A DNA stretch of 64,000 nt from Candidatus Bipolaricaulota bacterium (GCA_023132915.1 JAGLXM010000075.1:1165-65164); one strand, 5' to 3'; positions 18,049 to 28,086 are shown, counted from the first letter of the stretch. Notes: generated by a model from the letters alone, not told the origin. Program-made: numbers and translations.

Positions 18049-18762
18049 ATGAGAAAGTATAAGCTGCTTGATTGGGATAGTAATGTATTCAAGTTTTCTG
18101 TAGCTGCAATATTGCCCTTAAGCCTATCTCAGGAATCATTGGGAGGCATATTAACTGATCTAAGAAGCAGTGGTGTATGCTTGGTTTATTGGTCACCTAT
18201 GGCTGAAGACAGAGAATCATGTAAGGCTGCTGAGGCTCTGGGTGGATTCAACACGGGAGTTAAGAGGACATATCTTGCGGAACTGTCTTGTATGGCCCTC
18301 GAGTTCAAGGCACAAAGCGCAAACGTCGTAGTTTGGGATTCGAACGCCAACGGCCATGAATTGATAAAATTGACACAAGCAAGAGCAATCCATTCGCGTT
18401 TTTTCAAAGATCCCAAAATTCGGGAAAAGCATTATGAAGCTGTTCTGAAAAAATGGATCGATGATTCTATTGAAAATCGAACTATCTTCGTAACAAAGGA
18501 TGGAAACACAACAGCAGGATTCATAAGCTTAAATGAAAAGGATGGTATTGGAAATATCGACTTCATTGTTATTGATGAAGCTCACAGCGGAAAGGGCCTG
18601 GGAAGAGAATTATTGTTTCATGCCCACGGTTGGTTTGCATCCAAAGGGTACAAATTTGTTCAGGCTATAACCCAGAAGGAAAATACTATTGCGTGCAAGA
18701 TGTATGAGAAATATGGCTATTACATAAAAGAACAAAGAGCATTTTATCATTTTTGGTTGTAA
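18049..18762 (+). CDS. GNAT N-acetyltransferase (WecD/TDP-fucosamine acetyltransferase-like)
   Basis: N-terminal KLLDWDSNVFKF resembles the WecD start. C-terminal GNAT core ..HSGKGLGRELL.. . ATG 18049 preferred over track start 18028. Confidence 0.7.
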   Translation: MRKYKLLDWDSNVFKFSVAAILPLSLSQESLGGILTDLRSSGVCLVYWSPMAEDRESCKAAEALGGFNTGVKRTYLAELSCMALEFKAQSANVVVWDSNANGHELIKLTQARAIHSRFFKDPKIREKHYEAVLKKWIDDSIENRTIFVTKDGNTTAGFISLNEKDGIGNIDFIVIDEAHSGKGLGRELLFHAHGWFASKGYKFVQAITQKENTIACKMYEKYGYYIKEQRAFYHFWL

Positions 18763-18774
18763 CCGAAATATAGT

Positions 18775-20025
18775 ATGAAGGAGTGTGGAAGTATTAATAG
18801 AAAGCAGTTGATAGAAGAATATCCAGTTGGCACGATCTTTGACAGCGAAGAAGTTGATGCCATAAGGCGCGTTTTAGAGTCAGGAGAGGCCTTGACTAGA
18901 GGGCCGGATGTTGATTTATTTGAGAATGAATTTGCTTCATATTGTGGTGCTAAACATGCGGTGGCGGTTAGTTCCTGCGGGGCCGCTCTTCATATGGCAA
19001 CAAAAATACTCGGGCTTGGACCGGAAGATGAAGTTATTTGTCAGGCTAACGCATTCTGGGCAACATTTGTACACCTCCTGGAACGGGAGGTGCGAATAAA
19101 ATGCGCAGACATAGATCCGTATTCGCTCAATATAGATCCTAGCGGTATTGAACGGCTAATTACAAAAAAAACGAAGGCAATTTACCTTGTTCATCATGGC
19201 GGCAATCCCGCCGATTTAGAGCCTATTTATCGAGTTGCAAGAAATCATGGTTTGAAAGTGGTCGAGGACTGTGCACATGCCGTGGGTGCCGAATATAAAG
19301 GACAGAAGATTGGCTGCGACAGTGACATCGCTTGCTTCTCCTTTTCAACGCATAAAAATATATCAACTCTCGGCGAGGGCGGGATGGTTGTCACTAATAA
19401 TGAATCATACGCTGAAATGGCAAGAGGCCTTAGAACCAATTTCCCCTTTGGTGAAAAAGTGAAACGAAACGTACCAAGTTTGGGTGACTACCACAAACCT
19501 CAGTCACAAGCATTTATGCATGCCGGAGATGCGTGGGATTATGACTGGCTTAAGACTAACGAATTCGGTTCTACTTTTCGGATGTCAACACCACAGGCTG
19601 CCGTCGGTAGGGTTCAGCTAAAAAAGCTGGATAAACATAACAGTTTAAGACAGATAATAGCCAATAAATATAATGAAGTGATAGATGGAATAAGTGGTCT
19701 TAGGAAGGTAGCTATTTTACCCGACTGCAGAAATGCCTGGTATCTCTTTTCATTTTTTATCAGACCCGAAGCGGGAGTTGATCGTGATAATTTTATCAAC
19801 TATTTAGAAGCTGAACATGGCATTAGAACAGTCTTAAGATACTGGCCGATTCATCTTGGCGGAATCATGCGCATGCACGGTCACAATCTTGGTGAATGCC
19901 CTAATTATGAGCGTGTCTGGTTTGAGGAACAGATGAGTTTGCCCATTTCTCCTCAGATGGCTGATGATAAAATCAATACAATTATTGAGGCTCTCCGTTC
20001 AGTGTATCAAAAGCTGGCAAAGTGA
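18775..20025 (+). CDS. DegT/DnrJ/EryC1/StrS-family PLP-dependent sugar aminotransferase
   Basis: 416 aa. ..DIACFSFSTHKNISTLGEGGMVV.. with the PLP lysine context. Confidence 0.85.
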   Translation: MKECGSINRKQLIEEYPVGTIFDSEEVDAIRRVLESGEALTRGPDVDLFENEFASYCGAKHAVAVSSCGAALHMATKILGLGPEDEVICQANAFWATFVHLLEREVRIKCADIDPYSLNIDPSGIERLITKKTKAIYLVHHGGNPADLEPIYRVARNHGLKVVEDCAHAVGAEYKGQKIGCDSDIACFSFSTHKNISTLGEGGMVVTNNESYAEMARGLRTNFPFGEKVKRNVPSLGDYHKPQSQAFMHAGDAWDYDWLKTNEFGSTFRMSTPQAAVGRVQLKKLDKHNSLRQIIANKYNEVIDGISGLRKVAILPDCRNAWYLFSFFIRPEAGVDRDNFINYLEAEHGIRTVLRYWPIHLGGIMRMHGHNLGECPNYERVWFEEQMSLPISPQMADDKINTIIEALRSVYQKLAK

Positions 20026-20274
20026 GGTGGGCCTGAAGTCAATGGCCAAAGCCGCTGTTGCGGATTGATTCAGGTAACACACAGCGGCGCATGCCACAGT
20101 AAGCTTGCGGACGTGCGCGGTAGATAAGGAACGAGCCGCTTTCTCCCTCGCACGCTACAGGCGACCGAGATCAATTGATCTTAACGGCTTGTACGCGCAG
20201 AAGGGAGGAATATCGAATGAACGACATGATACAATCCTTAAGATGGGCCATGGCATGGTGCGGAAGGCTGGATC

Positions 20275-21570
20275 ATGATTGCGAGTGACAACCTTCTACG
20301 CTGGAATCGCTTCCTGTCTCCTCGGTACCTTGCCAGCAAGGTGCAGGAGAAAGGTGCCTCTTGGTGCCTCCGGAGAGTGGTCAGCGGAGTCATTCTAGTC
20401 TTGGTCTCTATTGTGCTAGGTCCGCTTGTTGTCTCTCTGGTCCTTGCGCGGGTCAGGTTTATGCGGAGCGGAACCCTTCTCAAGCGCATTGGCCACCTTG
20501 CTCTCGAGCCTGATTGCTATGTGAAATCAGGTCTCTTGGGATGGCGTCCTCGATATTGCGGTGTTCTGTTAGTGCGTGGACGTGCTGTCAACCCCTGTCT
20601 CCTGCATTACTGGAGCCGCTACATCAAGATCGTTAGTAACCCGTTTCTAGTTATGCTCCTTTGGCCACTGGAGAAGATTCCATTCCTACACTGCCGTACA
20701 GACTGGATGAGTTTGCCTGATAGGGGAAAGATGTTGGTGATTCCTGCTGTATACCCAATTCAGACGAAGTACGAAGCACAACATGGGGGACGACCACTTC
20801 TGACCCTGTCCAGTTCGGATTATGAACGAGGCTGGCGTTGCTTGCAAGAGCTTGGTGTTCCTCAAGACGCTTGGTTCGTTTGCCTTCATGTGCGCGAGGG
20901 AGGCTATCTACCCCGGCTCGCCTATCACTCCTACCGGGACGCCGATATATTTACCTATCTGCTGGCTGTCGAGTCCATCGTAGAGCGCGGGGGGTGGGTG
21001 ATCCGTATGGGCGACCCAACTATGAAGCCACTCCCGCGCATGACTCGGGTAATTGATTATGTGCATAGTGAAGTCCGCTGCGACTGGATGGATGTCTTTT
21101 GCTTTTCTCAGTGCCGGTTTATTCTCGGGACTACTTCTGGTCCTTGTAATGTTTCTCTTGTTTTCGGTGTCCCGTGTGCTCTCACAAACTTTGCTCCGAT
21201 GGGACACGGAGCTTTCTCGGGAAGGGACGTCTGGATTCCAAAGCTCTACCGGTCTGTCAGCGAGCAACGCTATTTGACATTTGCGGAAGTCCTCAAATCC
21301 CCGCTTCGTGGACTGTACAGGACAAAAGACTTCGACGCTGACGGCGTTTCTTTGGTAGACAACAGGCCAGAGGAAATCAGAGACTTGGCTGTGGAAATGA
21401 TGGACCGGCTCGACGGCAATCTCCACTACTCGGCAGAGGATGAGCGTTTTCAACGACGCTTCAAGGCGCTCCTGGAAGCTGAGCCTATGTACGGAACTTG
21501 CGCCCGTGTGGGACGGGACTTTTTACGCAAATATGCCTGGCTCCTTCCCGATGAGGCAGCGCAGGATTGA
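20275..21570 (+). CDS. Hypothetical membrane-anchored protein, possibly a glycosyltransferase
   Basis: 431 aa with clean coding appearance and an N-terminal TM helix (VILVLVSIVLGPLVVSLVLA). Function is guessed only from context and vague resemblance to uncharacterised polysaccharide-cluster transferases. Start uncertain. Confidence 0.35.
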   Translation: MIASDNLLRWNRFLSPRYLASKVQEKGASWCLRRVVSGVILVLVSIVLGPLVVSLVLARVRFMRSGTLLKRIGHLALEPDCYVKSGLLGWRPRYCGVLLVRGRAVNPCLLHYWSRYIKIVSNPFLVMLLWPLEKIPFLHCRTDWMSLPDRGKMLVIPAVYPIQTKYEAQHGGRPLLTLSSSDYERGWRCLQELGVPQDAWFVCLHVREGGYLPRLAYHSYRDADIFTYLLAVESIVERGGWVIRMGDPTMKPLPRMTRVIDYVHSEVRCDWMDVFCFSQCRFILGTTSGPCNVSLVFGVPCALTNFAPMGHGAFSGRDVWIPKLYRSVSEQRYLTFAEVLKSPLRGLYRTKDFDADGVSLVDNRPEEIRDLAVEMMDRLDGNLHYSAEDERFQRRFKALLEAEPMYGTCARVGRDFLRKYAWLLPDEAAQD

Positions 21571-21719
21571 GGTGCTAAACCTTGTGGGCGGTCTTCTTGC
21601 CCGTTGTAGGATAGAGCGGTCAGCCGATGGCAGCAACCAAGCGTGTCGAGGCTACCAGTCCGTTGATGGCGGCTACATAGACAGTGACTCTGGACAAGGT
21701 ATCTGAGGTGAGGTCTAAT

Positions 21720-22697
21720 ATGTTCAACGAAAAAATCATTCTGGTTACTGGTGGCACAGGCTCTTTTGGAAAGAAGTTCACGGAGATAGTCCTGAAAGAA
21801 CATGACCCAAAGGTAATTCGCATATTCTCAAGGGGTGAATTGCTGCAGCTGCAGATGCGCCAGCAGTTCAACGACGACCCGCGGTTGCGGTTTTTTATCG
21901 GCGATGTTCGGGACAGAGACCGCCTATCTCGCGCGATGAACGGTGTTGATATAGTTGTCCATACCGCTGCCTTGAAGCAGGTTCCAGCCTGTGAATATAA
22001 CCCCATTGAAGCTATAAGAACGAATATCGATGGTGCTGCAAACGTGATTGACGCAGCTATTGACAACGGAGTAGGAAAAGTTGTAGCGATAAGCACCGAT
22101 AAAGCTGTCCATCCTGTGAATCTGTATGGTGCTACTAAGCTTGTTGCCGAAAAGTTGTTTGTGCAGGGAAATGCCTATGCTGGTAAGCGCACGACCAAGT
22201 TTAGCGTCGTCCGCTATGGCAATGTTGTCGGCAGCCGTGGCAGTGTAATTCCTCTATTCCTCAAGCAGCGCGAGAACGGTAAGATTACTATCACGGACGA
22301 GAGGATGACCAGGTTTTGGATTACTCTGGAACAGGGCGTACGCTTTGTTATCAACTGTATTGAGCGGATGGAAGGCGGCGAGATTTTTGTGCCTAAGATT
22401 CCTAGCATGAAACTCATGGATCTAGTAGATGCTATCGCTCCAGACGCTCAAAAGGAGATTACTGGAATTCGCTCAGGAGAAAAAATCAACGAAGTTCTAC
22501 TCACGGAAGAGGAAGCCCGTCATGCTAGGGAGTTTGAATATTATTTTGTTATTGAACCTGAACACTCTTTCTGGGACAGTAATTCTCTCAACGGGGGAAA
22601 GGAACTTCCAGAGGGATTCCGATACACAAGCGGCAATAACAAGCATTGGTTAACCAAAGAGGAACTTCAAAAAATGGTAGGCGAAACCAATGGATAG
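21720..22697 (+). CDS. pseB: UDP-N-acetylglucosamine 4,6-dehydratase (inverting), PseB/FlaA1-like
   Basis: MFNEKIILVTGGTGSFGKKF.., ..DVRDRDRL.., ..YGATKLVAEKLF.., ..VRYGNVVGSRGSVIP.. . Track start is 21684; ATG 21720 is likely. Confidence 0.85.
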   Translation: MFNEKIILVTGGTGSFGKKFTEIVLKEHDPKVIRIFSRGELLQLQMRQQFNDDPRLRFFIGDVRDRDRLSRAMNGVDIVVHTAALKQVPACEYNPIEAIRTNIDGAANVIDAAIDNGVGKVVAISTDKAVHPVNLYGATKLVAEKLFVQGNAYAGKRTTKFSVVRYGNVVGSRGSVIPLFLKQRENGKITITDERMTRFWITLEQGVRFVINCIERMEGGEIFVPKIPSMKLMDLVDAIAPDAQKEITGIRSGEKINEVLLTEEEARHAREFEYYFVIEPEHSFWDSNSLNGGKELPEGFRYTSGNNKHWLTKEELQKMVGETNG

Positions 22698-23880
22698 GCT
22701 GGCAATTGACGGTGGTAAGCCTGTCCGCAAGAATCTTTTGCCCTATGGCCATCAGTGGGTTGATGAAGCAGATATTCAAGCGGTTGTCGAGGTATTACGC
22801 TCCGACTGGCTGACTACCGGACCCAAGGTAGAAGAGTTCGAACGGGCTTTTGCCGATTTTGTAGGGACAAAAGAAGCTGTGGCAGTGAGCAACGGTACGG
22901 CCGCCTTACACACAGCGATGCATACTGCTGGTACTGGGCCGGGTGACGAAGTGATCGTGCCGCCTATGACCTTCGCTGCCAGTGCCAATTGCGTCGTTTT
23001 CCAGGGCGGCACGCCGGTCTTTGCCGACGTAGACCCTGAGACGCTGCTACTCGATCCGGGCGCGGTTGAAGCGAAGATCACCCCGCCGCGTACAAAGGCG
23101 ATCATCGCCGTGGACTACGCTGGACAGCCGTGTGATTACGACGCGCTTCGGGCTATAGCAAATCGACATGACCTGATCCTGGTAGCAGATGCCTGCCACG
23201 CGCTTGGTGGCACTTACAAGGGACGGCCGGTTGGCTCTCTAGCCGATCTGAGCACCTTCAGCTTTCACCCAGTGAAACACATCACCACTGGTGAGGGCGG
23301 AATGATCACCACGGATGATCCCAAGCTAGCGCAGCGGATGCGGGTCTTTCGCAACCACGGTATCACCACAGACCACCGCCAGCGCGAACAGCAAGGCTCC
23401 TGGTTCTACGAGATGGTGGATCTGGGTTACAACTACCGCCTGACTGATTTACAGTGTGCGCTAGGGATTAGTCAGTTGCGTAAGTTATCTGTCTGGGTAG
23501 CGCGTCGCCAAAAGATCGCGCGACGTTATGATGAGGTATTTGCCGAGGTCCCTGCTGTAGAGCCACTGGCTGTGCGAGAAGACGTTTCGCACGCGTATCA
23601 CCTTTACATGGTTAAACTCGATCTCACTAAATTGAGGGTGACGAGGGCTGAGGTATTCGCTGCCTTGCGCGCCGAAAATATCGGCGCCAACGTACATTAC
23701 ATTCCTGTGTGCTGGCATCCTTATTATCAGCGATTAGGCTACAAACGAGGATTGTGTCCTGTGGCAGAGACAGCTTATGAGCAACTGCTTACATTGCCTA
23801 TGTTTCCGGCAATGAGTGACCAGGATGTTGACGATGTAATAGAAGCGATGCAGAAGGTGATTGGATGTTATGCGGCCTGA
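22690..23880 (+). CDS. pseC: DegT-family aminotransferase, PseC-like
   Basis: 396 aa. ..LSTFSFHPVKHITTGEGGMI.. . Follows pseB with an 8-nt overlap. Confidence 0.85.
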   Translation: MDRLAIDGGKPVRKNLLPYGHQWVDEADIQAVVEVLRSDWLTTGPKVEEFERAFADFVGTKEAVAVSNGTAALHTAMHTAGTGPGDEVIVPPMTFAASANCVVFQGGTPVFADVDPETLLLDPGAVEAKITPPRTKAIIAVDYAGQPCDYDALRAIANRHDLILVADACHALGGTYKGRPVGSLADLSTFSFHPVKHITTGEGGMITTDDPKLAQRMRVFRNHGITTDHRQREQQGSWFYEMVDLGYNYRLTDLQCALGISQLRKLSVWVARRQKIARRYDEVFAEVPAVEPLAVREDVSHAYHLYMVKLDLTKLRVTRAEVFAALRAENIGANVHYIPVCWHPYYQRLGYKRGLCPVAETAYEQLLTLPMFPAMSDQDVDDVIEAMQKVIGCYAA

Positions 23881-24886
23881 GAGGCTTCGTTTTCTTGTTA
23901 TTGGGTGTGGCTCTATTGGGGAGCGCCATATTAGCAACCTGATTGCGCTGAACATGGAGGATATTCTAGCCTTCGATGTCCGAAGCGACCGCCGAGGTGA
24001 GGTGGAATCTCGGCTTGGTATCACAACGTTGGATAACCTGGAGGATGCGTGGGGGCGCCGCCCTGATGTTGCCTTGATCACAGTGCCCACCAGCTTGCAT
24101 GTTCCATTGGCGCTGCAAGCCGCCGAGCACGGGTGTCATTTGTTTATCGAGAAGCCCTTATCAGACCGGCTGGAAGGTGTGGATGTGCTGTTGGAGGCTG
24201 TGAGAGAGCGTAACCTTGTAACGCTGGTGGGGTGTAACATGCGTTTCCACCCAGGGTTGATGCAGGTTAAAGCATTAATTGAGGGAGGGGCGGTTGGGCA
24301 TGTGATTGCTGCGCGGGTGGAAGTAGGGCAGTATTTGCCTGATTGGCATCCGTTGGAGGACTACCGGCATGCCTACAGCGCTCAGCAAGATCTGGGGGGT
24401 GGGGTGATCCTCGACGCCATCCATGAGATTGACTACGTCCGGTGGATGCTCGGCGAGGTGGAAACCGTTGCTTGTTTCGCTGGCAAGCTCAGCCACCTGG
24501 AAATCGAGACTGAAGATACAGCAGCCATCTTGCTTCGTTTTGTCAGCGGCGCGATCGGTGAAGTCCATATGGACTATGTACAGCGCGCGTATAGCCGGAC
24601 ATGTCAAATCATCGGGGACGAAGGAACAATCCGTTGGAATTATACGATCGATGAGGTGCAATGGTACTCTGCAGCAACGCGGGAATGGCAGGTATTTAAA
24701 AATCCATCTGGTTGGGAGCCCAATCAGATGTACCTGGACGAGATGCAGCATTTTCTAAGATGCTTAGCCAGGGAAGAGAAACCGACTTTGGATGTTTCTG
24801 AGGGTGCACGAGTGTTAGAAGTAGCAGTAGCAGCCAAGGCCTCGGCCAAAACTGGGCAGCTTATGGCACTGCGAGGTTATCGATGA
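23861..24886 (+). CDS. Gfo/Idh/MocA-family oxidoreductase
   Basis: 341 aa. FLVIGCGSIGERH and LFIEKPL. Confidence 0.75.
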   Translation: MDVMRPERLRFLVIGCGSIGERHISNLIALNMEDILAFDVRSDRRGEVESRLGITTLDNLEDAWGRRPDVALITVPTSLHVPLALQAAEHGCHLFIEKPLSDRLEGVDVLLEAVRERNLVTLVGCNMRFHPGLMQVKALIEGGAVGHVIAARVEVGQYLPDWHPLEDYRHAYSAQQDLGGGVILDAIHEIDYVRWMLGEVETVACFAGKLSHLEIETEDTAAILLRFVSGAIGEVHMDYVQRAYSRTCQIIGDEGTIRWNYTIDEVQWYSAATREWQVFKNPSGWEPNQMYLDEMQHFLRCLAREEKPTLDVSEGARVLEVAVAAKASAKTGQLMALRGYR

Positions 24887-25656
24887 CCCAGAAACCAAAG
24901 GTTGTAGCCATCATTCAAGCCCGTATGGGCTCCGCACGACTGACGGGCAAGGTATTGATGGATATCGCCGGAAAGCCGATGTTGTGGCACGTGGTACATC
25001 GAGCTAGCCAATCCAAGTTGGTCGATAAAGTCGTCATCGTCACAAGCACCAACAAGTCCGATAATCTTATCGTTACCTTTGCCCGGACAAACGATATTCC
25101 CTGCTTTCGAGGGAGCGAAGACGATGTGCTGGACCGCTACTATCAGGCAGCTAAATGGATGAGCGCAGATGTAATCGTCCGCATTACAGCGGATTGTCCA
25201 CTTATTGATCCGGATATAGTGGATAAGGTCGTTCGTAGCTACATGAATGGCGATTACGACTACGTGTCCAACACCAATCCGCCGATGTATCCTGATGGGT
25301 TGGATACAGAGGTGTTCTCATTGGAAGCGCTAAAGCGTACATGGTATGAGGCAGGACTCCAATCGGAACGCGAGCATGTGACGCCATATATACGGAAGCA
25401 TCCAGAGTTATTTCGCATCGGGAATGTCAGATATGGGAGAGACTTATCGAGTATGCGATGGACGGTTGATGATTCGCGGGATCTGGAGTTCGTGCGGGCA
25501 GTGCATGGGTATTTGGGGAGTAATTCGTTCACTGTGGCCAATGTGCTGAGTCTCTTGAAGAAACACCCAGAGCTGATGGAGATCAATGCCGGTATTGGAC
25601 GTAACGAAGGGTATCAGAAGTCCCTGCGCGAGGATGGTTTGATTGCCCCCGAGTAG
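24883..25656 (+). CDS. Cytidylyltransferase (CTP_transf_3; SpsF/PseF-like)
   Basis: 257 aa. VVAIIQARMGSARLTGKVL..., ITADCPLIDP. Confidence 0.75.
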   Translation: MTQKPKVVAIIQARMGSARLTGKVLMDIAGKPMLWHVVHRASQSKLVDKVVIVTSTNKSDNLIVTFARTNDIPCFRGSEDDVLDRYYQAAKWMSADVIVRITADCPLIDPDIVDKVVRSYMNGDYDYVSNTNPPMYPDGLDTEVFSLEALKRTWYEAGLQSEREHVTPYIRKHPELFRIGNVRYGRDLSSMRWTVDDSRDLEFVRAVHGYLGSNSFTVANVLSLLKKHPELMEINAGIGRNEGYQKSLREDGLIAPE

Positions 25657-25697
25657 TAAAGCGATCGTTCTTTTGATGTGATTCTGGAGGAAAAGCT

Positions 25698-27011
25698 ATG
25701 GAGTTCACAGGCCAAGAACTTTATGAGAAGGCTCGAAGAAGAATCCCGGGAGGCACGCAACTGCTTTCAAAGCGTCCGGAGATGTTCCTCCCCGAGCAGT
25801 GGCCCAGCTACTATTCCAGAGCTAAGGGCGTTGAAACCTGGGGATTGGATGGCAAGAAGTACATCGATATGAGCTACTGTGGGATTGGCGCGTGTGTGTT
25901 GGGATTTGCTGATCCTGATGTAGACAAGGCTGTGCATACTGCTATTGATTCCGGCTCTATGACTACCTTGAATTGCCCTGAGGAGGTAGAACTGGCTGAC
26001 TTGCTCTGCGAACTCCATCCCTGGGCTGATATGGTTCGTTACGCCCGCACTGGGGGAGAAGCGATGGCAATCGCCGTTCGCATAGCACGTGCCAGAACAA
26101 AGCGGGATAAGGTGGCTTTTTGTGGATATCATGGTTGGCACGATTGGTATCTGGCTGCTAACCTTGGAGAGGATGACGTTCTTGATGGTCATTTGCTGCC
26201 AGGACTAGAGCCAGCCGGTGTGCCACGTGGCCTTGTCGGAACAGCCCTTCCTTTCCACTACAACAGGATTGATGAACTGGAAGCTATAGTCTCAGCTCAT
26301 AGGGAAGAGTTGGCGGCGATTGTGATGGAGCCGGTGAGAAATCACGACCCTGAGCCGGGTTTCTTAGAGCGAATCAGAGAGATCGCAACAGGGATTGGGG
26401 CCGTCTTGATCTTTGATGAGGTGTCATCGGGCTGGCGATTGAACACAGGTGGAGCACATCTCGTATACGGGGTGATACCCGACATCGCCGTTTTTGCGAA
26501 AGGTATTAGCAATGGCTATCCTATGGCCGCGATCATCGGAATTGAGGACGTCATGCAGGCAGCACAGAGCAGCTTTGTTAGTAGTACATATTGGACGGAG
26601 AGGATTGGCCCAACTGCAGCACTAGCAACGATTCGAAAACACCAACGTGATGATGTCTCGAAGCATTTGATAGCGGTTGGTAAGCGTATTCAATCGGGTT
26701 GGAAAGCGGCTGCGGATCGTGCTGGACTAGCTATTACTGTCACCGGCATTCCCCCTTTGGGCCATTTCTCGTTCAGTTACAACAATGGACTAGCGATCCG
26801 TACCCTGTTTACTCAGATGATGCTTGGGAAAGGGTTCCTGGCAACCAATGCATTCTACGCTACCTACGCGCACCAGAACACCCATATAGAGAGTTACCTA
26901 GCGGTGGTTGAACGGTCATTTGAGTTCTTGGCCGAGGCCATTGAAAAAGGTGAGGTGGAAAGACTTTTGAAAGGGCCTATCGCCCATTCGGGATTCCAGC
27001 GGTTGACTTGA
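25698..27011 (+). CDS. Class-III aminotransferase (glutamate-1-semialdehyde aminomutase-like)
   Basis: 437 aa. ..ARTGGEAMAIAVRIAR.., ..LIFDEVSSGWR.., ..DIAVFAKGISNGYP.. with the PLP lysine. Confidence 0.8.
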   Translation: MEFTGQELYEKARRRIPGGTQLLSKRPEMFLPEQWPSYYSRAKGVETWGLDGKKYIDMSYCGIGACVLGFADPDVDKAVHTAIDSGSMTTLNCPEEVELADLLCELHPWADMVRYARTGGEAMAIAVRIARARTKRDKVAFCGYHGWHDWYLAANLGEDDVLDGHLLPGLEPAGVPRGLVGTALPFHYNRIDELEAIVSAHREELAAIVMEPVRNHDPEPGFLERIREIATGIGAVLIFDEVSSGWRLNTGGAHLVYGVIPDIAVFAKGISNGYPMAAIIGIEDVMQAAQSSFVSSTYWTERIGPTAALATIRKHQRDDVSKHLIAVGKRIQSGWKAAADRAGLAITVTGIPPLGHFSFSYNNGLAIRTLFTQMMLGKGFLATNAFYATYAHQNTHIESYLAVVERSFEFLAEAIEKGEVERLLKGPIAHSGFQRLT

Positions 27012-28069
27012 TTTCATTGGCAAAGGGATTCCCAGTGAACAAACCTCTTATCATTCGCGCCGACGCAAATACTCATATAGGCACCGGCCACTTAATGCGC
27101 TGTCTGGCTCTGGCTCAGGCTTGGAAAGATTCTGGTGGAGAAGTTGCCTTCATCACCGCTTGTGAAAGCGACGGTTTGCTGCAGCGCCTTTTAGACGAAG
27201 GGTTTCAAATCGTTACTGTGGAGCGATCTTATCCCGATCCTGCTGATTTGGAAGCCACCTCTCAGGTTCTAGCGGCACATCCAAACGCATGGGTGGTGTT
27301 GGATGGGTATCACCTTGACGAAGTCTACCAGAAACAGGTAAAAGAGGCTGGCCATCCGCTGCTCGTGATAGACGATATGGCTCACTTAGAGCACTACTAC
27401 GCGGATATTGTGCTGAACCAGAATCTGCATGCAGCGCAGTTGCACTACTCCTGTGAGCCCTATACCCAGCTTCTGCTTGGTACCCAATACGTGCTTCTTC
27501 GACGTGAGTTCCTGGAGTGGCAGGACTGGAAGCGGGAGATTCCAGAGGTGGCGCGGAAAGTGCTGGTTACACTGGGCGGTGGCGACCCTGACAACGTAAC
27601 TCTTAAGGTAGTCCGAGCACTGCAACAAGTAAACGTGGACGATCTTGAGACGGTAGTCGTCGTTGGTGCCAGCAATCCGCATTTTCGAGAACTTCAATCC
27701 GCAATCCGCAATCCGCAATCCGCAATCCGTCTTGTCCAAAACGTTACTAACATGGCGGAATTGATGGCCTGGGCCGATGTGGCGATTTCTGCGGGGGGGA
27801 GTACCTGCTGGGAGTTGGCGTTTATGAGATTACCCAGTGCGATTTTGGTTTTGGCAGAGAATCAAGAAGAAACAGTACGAATGTTGACGGAGCGAGCGGT
27901 TTTTCTCAGCCTTAGAGATGGACACAACACCCAGTTACAAGATATTGCACAAGCACTTACACATTTACTGCTGAACCATGAGATTCGAAGAAAACTAAGT
28001 CAAAAGGCCTCTCTTTTGCTAGATGGCTTAGGGGCCCTTAGGGTTATAGAAGCTTTATCTGGAATTTAA
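27008..28069 (+). CDS. pseG: UDP-2,4-diacetamido-2,4,6-trideoxy-beta-L-altropyranose hydrolase, PseG-like
   Basis: 353 aa. LIIRADANTHIGTGHLMRCLALAQ.. and ..ISAGGSTCWELAFMRLPS.. (GT28-C-like). Start codon uncertain (TTG in the track). Confidence 0.75.
   Translation: MISLAKGFPVNKPLIIRADANTHIGTGHLMRCLALAQAWKDSGGEVAFITACESDGLLQRLLDEGFQIVTVERSYPDPADLEATSQVLAAHPNAWVVLDGYHLDEVYQKQVKEAGHPLLVIDDMAHLEHYYADIVLNQNLHAAQLHYSCEPYTQLLLGTQYVLLRREFLEWQDWKREIPEVARKVLVTLGGGDPDNVTLKVVRALQQVNVDDLETVVVVGASNPHFRELQSAIRNPQSAIRLVQNVTNMAELMAWADVAISAGGSTCWELAFMRLPSAILVLAENQEETVRMLTERAVFLSLRDGHNTQLQDIAQALTHLLLNHEIRRKLSQKASLLLDGLGALRVIEALSGI
27695..27729 (+). repeat. Perfect tandem heptanucleotide CAATCCG x5 inside the pseG-like CDS
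   Basis: caatccg caatccg caatccg caatccg caatccg, encoding ..QSAIRNPQSAIR.. . An extra copy lies at 27673-27679. Confidence 0.95.
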
Positions 28070-28086
28070 ACGGGAGGAGGGGTGTC

